Shown piece after piece: positions 19,000-27,100 of a DNA stretch of 30,279 nt. Made by a program: the position numbers and the translations under genes. Numbering within the stretch: the first letter of the stretch is position 1; each line of letters opens with the position of its first letter. The stretch is from Ignavibacteriales bacterium (GTDB taxonomy: Bacteria; Bacteroidota; Ignavibacteria; UBA10030; UBA6906): assembly GCA_037441705.1 (NCBI GenBank), contig JBBIRR010000044.1:1-30279 (forward strand), written 5' to 3'. The notes under the pieces are model-generated. The model was not told the origin of the DNA. It did no database searches and saw only the letters and a program-made list of their open reading frames with translations.

Positions 19000-19776
19000 C
19001 TATAAACAGACCTCGTCTTCCGAGAATGCGGCAAGCCTGGAAACAATGATGGAAACGTCGTCTTCTCCGTTCTTCTGGACAATCGCCCTCTGCAAAGCTC
19101 CAGGAAGAGCGTCAAAGGGCTCTGCGGCCATGATTTGTTCAATCTCCGTATCGGAAACAACTGATGTCAGTCCGTCTGAGCAAAGCAACAGAAGGTCGCC
19201 ACCAGCCATCGCTGTCATTGCAATGTGGGGACTGAGGACGGGCTGCGTACCAATTGCTTGAACGAGGACATGTGACAGACGATGAGACCGTCGCGCATGT
19301 GGGAAAAAAAAGTTACCGCTCAGCGTGTGGTCCACGGTTAGCTGGCGCAATCTTCCTTTCTCACACAGATACGCTCTGCTATCGCCGACGTTGACCGTAA
19401 CAACCACGGAATGCAGGATGACAGCAGCTACAACCGTACTGCCCATAAGCTTGTCCGAACCCATACTTCGCCTGGCTTCGTACACTCGACGATGAACGTC
19501 GTGCACGGCTTGAACAAGCGCTCCAACAGGTTCAGGTATGGTCGATGTGAGATAGAGCCTCGGTAATTCAGCTGCGATCAGCCTGCTTGCTTGCTCACCT
19601 GCCTCCAGGCCTCCCATCCCATCAGCCACGATGAGAAGGGTCCCCTTCTCGGGAATGCCATGTTGCTCAGGCGTGATGACAACGCAACTATCTTCGTTCT
19701 CGCTTCGTGCCGCTCCCCCCTCGCTGAGACAAACGTATTCAATGACGGCGGGTCCCCCGCCCGAGACTTCACACAT
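19000..19776 (-). CDS. PP2C/PPM-family Ser/Thr protein phosphatase (Stp1/PrpC-like)
   Basis: RSENEDS, IVADGMGG, MGSTVV, NVGDSRAY, QLTVDHT, LLLCSDGLT and GEDDVS. Start ATG 19776 overlaps the HK stop; the exact start is uncertain. Confidence 0.92.
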   Translation of the reverse strand: MCEVSGGGPAVIEYVCLSEGGAARSENEDSCVVITPEQHGIPEKGTLLIVADGMGGLEAGEQASRLIAAELPRLYLTSTIPEPVGALVQAVHDVHRRVYEARRSMGSDKLMGSTVVAAVILHSVVVTVNVGDSRAYLCEKGRLRQLTVDHTLSGNFFFPHARRSHRLSHVLVQAIGTQPVLSPHIAMTAMAGGDLLLLCSDGLTSVVSDTEIEQIMAAEPFDALPGALQRAIVQKNGEDDVSIIVSRLAAFSEDEVCL

Positions 19777-21103
19777 CGGATGTTTCATTCGCACTCGGCG
19801 CAACTCTGTGTTGAGTGGAAACCGGGAATTTCATAATGAACGATGCCCCTTCTCCCTTCCTCGATTGGGCGGCGATGGTTCCGCCATGAGCTTCAATGAG
19901 ATGCCTGCAAATGGGAAGTCCGTACCCGTGTCCCTCAGGCTTCGTTGTCACCTTTTCTGCAAAAAGCTTGTCGAGAATTGCCTCGTCAATGCCCGGCCCG
20001 TCGTCTCGGAGCGTGAGGGAGACCATATTTGTTGCCACGTCATATTCCGTCTTCAGTTCGATCCTCGCCGTGGGCTTTGCTTCGACACTGTTGTTGACGA
20101 GGTTCAGAAGAACTTGATGGAGCTGATCGATGTCGAGATCGATCGGTGGAATATTTTCTCCCAACACAACGCAGATGTCATTCTGCTTGAACTTGGGGAG
20201 AAATCTTACAAACTCAACAAAATCGGAAGCAACTTTGTTGAGGCTCCCGGGCAGAAGCTTCGACGAGGCCCGTCGGCGTGTCAGAAGACTCTTCGAAAAA
20301 CCTTCGATCTTCCGCACGCCCGTGATGGTCTTTTCGATCAGCGTGTTGATTTCCTGAAGCGACACCGTGCCTGCCTTCCGCTGCATCAACTCAAGATTGA
20401 GCAATACAACTGCGACCAGGTTCTTCAGCTCATGACTTACCTCCGCGGCCAGTTCCCCCTTCATGGCCATTCGCTCGGACTGAATGATGTGTTGATTGGC
20501 CTGCTTCAGTTCTTCGTACGTCCTCTTCAGATTATCGTACAAGCGGGCATTCTTGATGGTAATGGCGGCCTGTCCCGCCATGATCTCAAAGAGCCGGAGG
20601 ATTTCTTCTTTGTCCACAGCCTGAATGAATTTGCTGTCAACATAGATGACGCCGATTTTTTCTTCGTGCGTTTGCAGAGGGGCACAAATGATCGTCTGCA
20701 ACTCTAAATTCATGATGCTTTGCCGTCGTTCAAAGCGCTCATCGTTCAAAGCGTTCTCGATGCAGAGCGACTCGCCCGTGGTGAACACATCCTCTAATAC
20801 ACTCGAACTGACGTGAAAATGGTCGGCGCTGATTGACTCGCCGCGAGCGTTCCGACCGACGACAAATTCCAGCTTACCATCTGGTGATGCGAGCATCAGG
20901 AAGCCTCGATCGGCGTTCGCAATGCGAATGGCCTCATCCGTTACCAACTCCAGCACATCCTTCAGCACCAATGAGGTATTGATCTTCCGGACAATATTGA
21001 GGATTGTCTCGAGGTCCTGCGCGGTTGACCTTCCGGGCTGAGCCTCGACGGTCTCAGTGACCGAGGCTGCAAGTTCCCGATTTAGGAGTTCATCCAGATT
21101 CAT
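19769..21103 (-). CDS. Soluble GAF-domain sensor histidine kinase (paralogue 1)
   Basis: GAF (ADRGFLML..IGVIYVDS..MAGQAAITIKNARLY); EVSHELKN; QVLLNLVNN; DDGPGI, TTKPEGHGYGL and GASF. No TM segment. Confidence 0.92.
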   Translation of the reverse strand: MNLDELLNRELAASVTETVEAQPGRSTAQDLETILNIVRKINTSLVLKDVLELVTDEAIRIANADRGFLMLASPDGKLEFVVGRNARGESISADHFHVSSSVLEDVFTTGESLCIENALNDERFERRQSIMNLELQTIICAPLQTHEEKIGVIYVDSKFIQAVDKEEILRLFEIMAGQAAITIKNARLYDNLKRTYEELKQANQHIIQSERMAMKGELAAEVSHELKNLVAVVLLNLELMQRKAGTVSLQEINTLIEKTITGVRKIEGFSKSLLTRRRASSKLLPGSLNKVASDFVEFVRFLPKFKQNDICVVLGENIPPIDLDIDQLHQVLLNLVNNSVEAKPTARIELKTEYDVATNMVSLTLRDDGPGIDEAILDKLFAEKVTTKPEGHGYGLPICRHLIEAHGGTIAAQSRKGEGASFIMKFPVSTQHRVAPSANETSDV

Positions 21104-21138
21104 GCGTGCGCACCGGCTTCTGTTTCCATCATCCTGTC

Positions 21139-21702
21139 TTACTGGAGCCTTCCGAATCCATACTGGGAAAAGTGATTGATCTGCACAATGAATCTCCTCC
21201 CCTGCAAGTCAACCACCGTCGGCTGCGGCTCATAGTCACGCGTTACCGGATTGTAGTAGCAGCACGTCAGTGTTGATGGATCGATTGCACCGAGTTCAAG
21301 TTCGTCGAACGGGACGATGAGCTGGCACGGCCGCAGAAACACCAGCCCATCAGGATAAAACCTGAATATTCGGCGAGGCATATCCAACATGCCGGGAGGG
21401 GGCGTTTTGCGCACCACGGTGTAGCTGATCCACTGCGGCGCTAACACTGCACCAGATGGAACGGTAAACGACGTGGTGGCGACATTCAGGGTCGCCCCGA
21501 ACAGGGGTTTCACCAGGCTGACAGAGAAGCCAACCAATGAATCCGGAAGCGAAATGGCATCCAGCTGATCTGCAACGGGACCGTTGTTCACCTGGGCAGC
21601 GGCACCTGTACGCTCTAACGGGGCATTCAGTTCGCCATCATGGCGGCAACCGAGAAAGAGGGCCAAGACAATCAAGCCCGAGGTAAGAAGACGACGATGC
21701 AT
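21139..21702 (-). CDS. Lipoprotein with ZU5-like domain ending in an HFS motif
   Basis: MHRRLLTSGLIVLALFLG-C lipobox; ZU5-like pattern FTVPSGAV..FRFYPDGLVFLRP..YYN..YE..VQINHFSQYG. Start is 21702 or 21711. Confidence 0.72.
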   Translation of the reverse strand: MHRRLLTSGLIVLALFLGCRHDGELNAPLERTGAAAQVNNGPVADQLDAISLPDSLVGFSVSLVKPLFGATLNVATTSFTVPSGAVLAPQWISYTVVRKTPPPGMLDMPRRIFRFYPDGLVFLRPCQLIVPFDELELGAIDPSTLTCCYYNPVTRDYEPQPTVVDLQGRRFIVQINHFSQYGFGRLQ

Positions 21703-21967
21703 AGGCTCCATTAGCACGTGTGGTGACTGATGTATGCTGTTGAGTTAACGTTCTTACAACAATGTATGGGGGGATCCGTGCGTACACAGACGTCTTCTCA
21801 CTATCTATCCGCATGCCACGAACGAAAAGCGCACACAGGGTAACGGTTTTTTGATTTTTGACTTGTAGATCGAGGGGCAAAATGTAGAATCAGGAAAGAA
21901 AAACTTCAAAAGGAAAAAACGAGGCGGGTTCGTGCGTGAGAGAAGCGAAGCGGAGTGTCTTACATAC

Positions 21968-23392
21968 TTACTTTGCCTTCTTTGCGTTGCGCAGAATGCG
22001 ATCCAGGCGGGGTCGAGAGACTTTCAGGATTCTCGCTGCTTTCATCTTATTGCCTCCAGCATACTCGAGCACCTTCTGCGCCAACATACGTTCTACCTCG
22101 TGTGCCGAGGCATGTTCCATTGGTACGCACAAGACAAGGGTCTCACGCGCGCCAGCTGAGTCCGATGAGGGAGACACGGCCGGTCGTTTCTGCGTTTCAG
22201 AAAGATACGAAGCATTCACCTCAAAGTCTCCCTCTGTGAGCCAGTCACCTTCTTCGAGCAAGACCGCACGCTCGACCGCATGCTTCAGCTCACGCACATT
22301 GCCTTCCCAGGGTCGCTCGATGAGCATCTGAAGTGCCGACGCTGTAATCCCCTTGATTTTCTTCTTATAGAGATGATTGAACGCTTTCAAAAATGCATCA
22401 ACCAGGAGAGGAATGTCCTCAACGCGTTCGGCAAGGCTCGGCAATTCCAGCGGCAGAATTTTCAGGCGATGGTACAGGTCCTTTCTGAACTGTCCTGCCT
22501 TTATCTTCTGTTCCAGGTCGGCACTCGTGGCGGCGATGATGCGCGCCCGCACCGGCACATCCCTGATGCCGCCTAACCGGCGCATCGTCCGATCTTCGAG
22601 CACCTTCAGCAGCTTGGCCTGCGTCGTCAGTGAGATATCGCCGATCTCATCGAGAAAGATTGTTCCATCACCGGCAAGTTCGAATAGCCCGATCTTCCGC
22701 TCCTTGGCATCGGTGAACGCTCCTCGCTCGAACCCGAACAATTCTGCTTCCAGCAAGCTCTCAGGCAACGCCGTGCATGCAATGTCAACGAAGGGGCTGT
22801 TGCGGTTGGCGCTGTTGTAGTGAATGGCCCGGGCAAACAATTCTTTCCCCGTTCCTGTTTCGCCGGTAATGAGCACCGTGCGCGCATTGTTTTTGATGAC
22901 CGTGCGGGCACGTTCGATAGTTTGCTTGAGACGCGGCGATGTGCCGATGATCGAGCGGAAATCGTACACCTCCTGCTGGGTCTCGATAAAACGTTCCTTC
23001 CGCCTCTTGACCTGCCAGTCGTTGTACATGAGAACCACATGATCGCGGATCTTGCGGTGTTCATCCGGAAAGATGAAGTAGGCCGAGACGCCGATCTTCA
23101 CTAACTCAACGGCAAAACCGTGATCGGGCTCCCGCGCAAGGGCAATGATAGGAACGTCAGGAATCTCGGAGCAGAACTCCCGGAGCGACGAACGCAGCGT
23201 CTGCGTATCCCGCGTAACGTCAATCAACACCAGACGCGGCACATTGAACAAAGCCCTGCCCACGAGGAAACCCGGCGAGGAGGCAAACTGCAGATGCACA
23301 TCATCGGCCGGCATGATGAGGCGTCGCACATCAGCCATCATTTCCTTTCTTCCGCAGAGGAGTATGTTGAATCTGTCTTTTGCCGAAGCCAC
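21968..23392 (-). CDS. Sigma54-dependent enhancer-binding protein (Fis-type HTH) with degenerate receiver domain
   Basis: LITGETGTGKE, ELFGFERGAFTDA, IFLDEIG, QAKLLKVLE, FRKDLYHRL and WEGNVREL; HTH GNKMKAARILKVSR; N-terminal REC-like fold (PRLVLID..PIIAL). Confidence 0.93.
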   Translation of the reverse strand: MASAKDRFNILLCGRKEMMADVRRLIMPADDVHLQFASSPGFLVGRALFNVPRLVLIDVTRDTQTLRSSLREFCSEIPDVPIIALAREPDHGFAVELVKIGVSAYFIFPDEHRKIRDHVVLMYNDWQVKRRKERFIETQQEVYDFRSIIGTSPRLKQTIERARTVIKNNARTVLITGETGTGKELFARAIHYNSANRNSPFVDIACTALPESLLEAELFGFERGAFTDAKERKIGLFELAGDGTIFLDEIGDISLTTQAKLLKVLEDRTMRRLGGIRDVPVRARIIAATSADLEQKIKAGQFRKDLYHRLKILPLELPSLAERVEDIPLLVDAFLKAFNHLYKKKIKGITASALQMLIERPWEGNVRELKHAVERAVLLEEGDWLTEGDFEVNASYLSETQKRPAVSPSSDSAGARETLVLCVPMEHASAHEVERMLAQKVLEYAGGNKMKAARILKVSRPRLDRILRNAKKAK

Positions 23393-23407
23393 GAAGGAGA
23401 TTCCCGC

Positions 23408-26400
23408 TTAAGATGGTGTGAGTGATTCGATCGTAGCCAACACGCGATCCCTATGGTCTGCCGCCAGGTACTTCCTCTTCAATTCATCCGATCGAAAATG
23501 GGAGAGAAAGTACTTAAGCACCAAACGCGCCTTCGTCAGGAACTCCCTTGCACGTTCGTATTGGCCGCGCTCATGGTATGCGTGTGCGAGAGCGTAGGCG
23601 AGCTTCCATGTTGCTTCGCAGACGGGTTCCTTTGCAATTGCATCCATGCCGCGCTTGAAGTAGACGATCGCCTTTTCCGGGACGGCATCGGAGCACACAT
23701 TTGCGATCATCCCCAACAGGTAATCAGCTTCGGCAACAACGAGGGGGAAAGACGCGGCGTGAGGGCTTTGGCGCACGTGCAGCAGCATCCTAGCGGCCGT
23801 GCTACTGTCCCCTTCGTGGAAATGACATTCCGCGCGACGGATCATAGCAAGAAAATACAATTCCCCGCGCTCGTCACTCCTCGAGCGAGCGCATGCGCTA
23901 TCGAAGCTGCTGGCCGCTTCGCGGAAGTTGCCTTGCTTTTGCCGGCACACCCCTAGAAGGAAGTCGTGCAGCATCCCGAACGCTTCGAGGCCATGTTCCA
24001 TCATCTGGACTGACGCCTGACGCAAGTATTCTTCCATTTCGTTTGCTTGTCCGAGTTCTCCAAAAACCTCTGCGATATGGAGATAAACTTCCGTCAAACC
24101 GTGAGCGTTGTCCATCGCTACATACAGGTCCTTTGCCAGTTGCCATGTCTGCAGTGCTGCTTCATATTCGCCTTCGGCAAACTGGACTTCACCGAAATTC
24201 GTCAGCGTGTGAGCAAGGGTAATCTTCGAGTCCGTCCGCCTACACAGATCAAGCGCCGTCGTGTAAAATTCCTTTGCCTTGCTATATTGTTTGAGATTGT
24301 AATGTGCAATGCCGAGATTGCTATAAATTTGCGCCTGCTGGTTGAGCGTTCCAAAATCGAGGCTTGCTTTCAGCGCACGTTCCCAATACCGGATTGCCTC
24401 CCGGTAATCGCCTTTGGCACTCAGGGCATTGCCGATATTGTTGATGGCGTTCGTCACTTGACTCTTTTCATTGAGCAGTTCGTACACCTTCAGCGCCTCT
24501 GCAAAGTAGTGTACGGCGTCGTCAAAACGATCCTGAAAGAAACTGGCAATACCCAGGTCTGTGTAGATCGCTCCGAGAAGGCGATTGTTTTTTAGACCGA
24601 TGGCCGTGGCCAACTGTTCCCGGCAATTTTCTTCTGCTTGCCTGAAGTGGCCCGCGGCAATCTGCAAGCCGACGAGTTCCTGTCGTAATTCAAGGCGTTC
24701 GACTTCATTCGTTGAACGCTGGAGGGCGGCGCTGATATACTCCTCCGCCTGGTCACTTGCCCCCAGCCGCGAGAGGGCAAGGCCCATATATTTCCAGATC
24801 ACGCCTTGCTCTTCAGCTTGCATGAGAGGCAGCAAAGCACTGCCGGCTTCTACGGCCTCCTTGAACATCCCTGCTCGGTAGAGCACCATCACGCGCCTCA
24901 TCTGCAAGCGCAACGTAGAACCACGGTCAGCTCCCTGTTCCGATTCGTTGATCGCGTGTTCAATGAGTTGAACGGAGCGTTGCAGAGCAAACCGTTCCAG
25001 TCCTGCTTCGGCCGCCTGTTCATAATATAACGCCGCCTTCTGGTGGTTGCCCGATACTGAGCACTGAAATGCAATCTCCTGCATCCCCGTGAAGTCGTCT
25101 TTTGTGATGTCCTGCTCAAGCGTCGCTGCAATGAGTGCGTGAAGCTCCGCCTTCTCTCGCCCAATCGAGTCATAGATCGCATCCTTCAATCTCTTCATTC
25201 GGATGAAAAGTACCTGGTCGGCATTGGCCGAGCCGAGGAACCCTTCAAGGAGCAGAAAGCGAAGATGATCGCGGCTGCGCAGATGATGAAACGGCAAGAG
25301 GCGAATCAGGATCTCGCGGCGGACAGGATACTGAAAGCATGCGACAATACTTACCACGAGTTGGCGTTCCTGACTGAGTTTTCGGAAGCGCGCGAGCAGG
25401 AATTCATCGATATTTTTCGGCAGGCGCGCCTCAAGCCCGCTCACCACCCGTTTCGCCGTTTCGGCATTCCTCAGTTCCTCAGGCGTAACCACGTCCGCAA
25501 GCGCATTGAGCGCCTCTACGAGAACGCCCGGCGTTCCACCATATAGAGAGAAGAGTAATGAGCCGATGTCGCCTGCTGCAGGCCCCAGATCAAGCGCCGA
25601 TGTGCACATCTCCGTCACCTCATCGGCCGTCAGTTCTTCAAGTCGAATCATCTGCGCAATGCCTGCAAGGGATGAACCGGCCTCCTCGCCCGATTGTGCT
25701 GCAAGCAAAATGATCTTGCCCGCCGGCGCATCACGCAACACGGTTCGGAGAACCTTCAGTGAAGACTCGTCGGCAAGTTGGAAATCATCGGCCACGAGAA
25801 CCAGCGGGAACACGCCGCTGCATTCGCCTAAGAATCTCGAAACGGTCTCGATGAAGGCATCCTTCTTATCTCCCCACAGATCGAAGTGGAAGGAATCGCC
25901 ATCGTCAAGGCCCAAGGTCCTGGCGAACCTGTCGACAATTGCGCTCCCCTCGTTCGAGAACGAGCGGACGTCGCTTCCGAGCAGCGGAAGCGCCGAGGCG
26001 ATTGCCTGAAACGGAATGCCGTTGGCGAGGGCTTCAAGTTCATAGACATGCACCTCGCAACAACGGGCGTACGTGATAACCTCGCGGAGGAATGTGGTCT
26101 TTCCGATCCCCTCGCCGCCCGCAACAACGACTGCGTTCGGGCGAGGGATATCACTGGGCCCTCCGAGGGCATCAATGGCATTGTGAACGACGGCTAACTC
26201 ATTTTTACGACCGACAAACCTCGGCTGGCGAGCCAGACCGAAATACGATTCCAGAAGCTCGTTGCCTGATGGCATTTCGCTCACCAGTGCTCGTGCGGCT
26301 TCCTCGGCAGAGCCGAACCGGCGCTGCGGGTTTTTCTCCATCAGTCCCCGAATCACCGCGCGCAGTCGAGAGCTGCCACCTGTCGAAAATGTAGCCTCAT

Positions 26401-27100
26401 CACTCAGTATGCGTTTAACAAGTTCGACCGGACTCCTCGCTTCGAACGGACATCGACCCTCCAGCAAATGAAAGAATGTTGCACCCAGGGAGTACAGGTC
26501 CACGCGATGATCGAACGCCTTACCCTCCAACAATTCCGGTGCAGTGTATTCCAGCGTTCCGCGAAGCGACACATCCAGAACTTCTTCACGCTTCTTGCTG
26601 AACCCGAAATCCATGAGCTTGACCAAAGGCGCCTCAGATACGCCCTTCTCTCCCACCAGCGCAAGGTTCTGCGGCTTCACGTCGAAGTGAATGATTCCTT
26701 CACGATGAATGTAATCCAGCACACTGAGCGTTTGCAGCAGAACCACCTCCAGAAAGGCTTCCTTCCGTGCGGGATGGACGCTCGTTGCAATCCATTCAAG
26801 CGGGTCTGCACCTTGCACAAACTCCATCGTGAAGAAGCGCCGATGAAGCAAGAACTCCTCATGCGCATGGCGCACGAGACCGAAATCAAAAATGCGGACG
26901 AGATTGGGATGCGAAAGCTTGATGAGCTGCGAGACCTCATTGCGAAATGCCTCGTCACTTGCCACACCAACTTTCTCGGCGCTGTGTAGGATTTTTATTG
27001 CGAGACGTCGGTTCCTTTTCAGCGTATCTTCGATTTGAAACACTTCGCCGCTGCCACCTTCGCCCAGCTTCTCGACAATACGATAGCGATAGTTGATCAT
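23408..27100 (-). CDS. Ser/Thr protein kinase - STAND (AAA_16/MalT-like) ATPase - TPR protein, ~1230 aa
   Basis: Kinase motifs LGEGGSG, AIK, IIHFDVKPQN, DFG, GTLEYTAPE and DLYSLG; P-loop region FVGR, GGEGIGKT, LVLVADDFQLAD and GGTPG; TPRs IYTDLG, AINNIG, IYSNLG and TLTNFG. ATG 27100 overlaps the upstream TGA. Confidence 0.92.
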   Translation of the reverse strand: MINYRYRIVEKLGEGGSGEVFQIEDTLKRNRRLAIKILHSAEKVGVASDEAFRNEVSQLIKLSHPNLVRIFDFGLVRHAHEEFLLHRRFFTMEFVQGADPLEWIATSVHPARKEAFLEVVLLQTLSVLDYIHREGIIHFDVKPQNLALVGEKGVSEAPLVKLMDFGFSKKREEVLDVSLRGTLEYTAPELLEGKAFDHRVDLYSLGATFFHLLEGRCPFEARSPVELVKRILSDEATFSTGGSSRLRAVIRGLMEKNPQRRFGSAEEAARALVSEMPSGNELLESYFGLARQPRFVGRKNELAVVHNAIDALGGPSDIPRPNAVVVAGGEGIGKTTFLREVITYARCCEVHVYELEALANGIPFQAIASALPLLGSDVRSFSNEGSAIVDRFARTLGLDDGDSFHFDLWGDKKDAFIETVSRFLGECSGVFPLVLVADDFQLADESSLKVLRTVLRDAPAGKIILLAAQSGEEAGSSLAGIAQMIRLEELTADEVTEMCTSALDLGPAAGDIGSLLFSLYGGTPGVLVEALNALADVVTPEELRNAETAKRVVSGLEARLPKNIDEFLLARFRKLSQERQLVVSIVACFQYPVRREILIRLLPFHHLRSRDHLRFLLLEGFLGSANADQVLFIRMKRLKDAIYDSIGREKAELHALIAATLEQDITKDDFTGMQEIAFQCSVSGNHQKAALYYEQAAEAGLERFALQRSVQLIEHAINESEQGADRGSTLRLQMRRVMVLYRAGMFKEAVEAGSALLPLMQAEEQGVIWKYMGLALSRLGASDQAEEYISAALQRSTNEVERLELRQELVGLQIAAGHFRQAEENCREQLATAIGLKNNRLLGAIYTDLGIASFFQDRFDDAVHYFAEALKVYELLNEKSQVTNAINNIGNALSAKGDYREAIRYWERALKASLDFGTLNQQAQIYSNLGIAHYNLKQYSKAKEFYTTALDLCRRTDSKITLAHTLTNFGEVQFAEGEYEAALQTWQLAKDLYVAMDNAHGLTEVYLHIAEVFGELGQANEMEEYLRQASVQMMEHGLEAFGMLHDFLLGVCRQKQGNFREAASSFDSACARSRSDERGELYFLAMIRRAECHFHEGDSSTAARMLLHVRQSPHAASFPLVVAEADYLLGMIANVCSDAVPEKAIVYFKRGMDAIAKEPVCEATWKLAYALAHAYHERGQYERAREFLTKARLVLKYFLSHFRSDELKRKYLAADHRDRVLATIESLTPS

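Noticed and set aside
19631-20707. Long plus-strand ORFs opposite the two HKs (358 aa; also 17750-18463, 237 aa) that resemble each other
   Set aside because: They are antisense shadows of the paralogous HK genes; the similarity follows from the duplication and they have no independent motifs.
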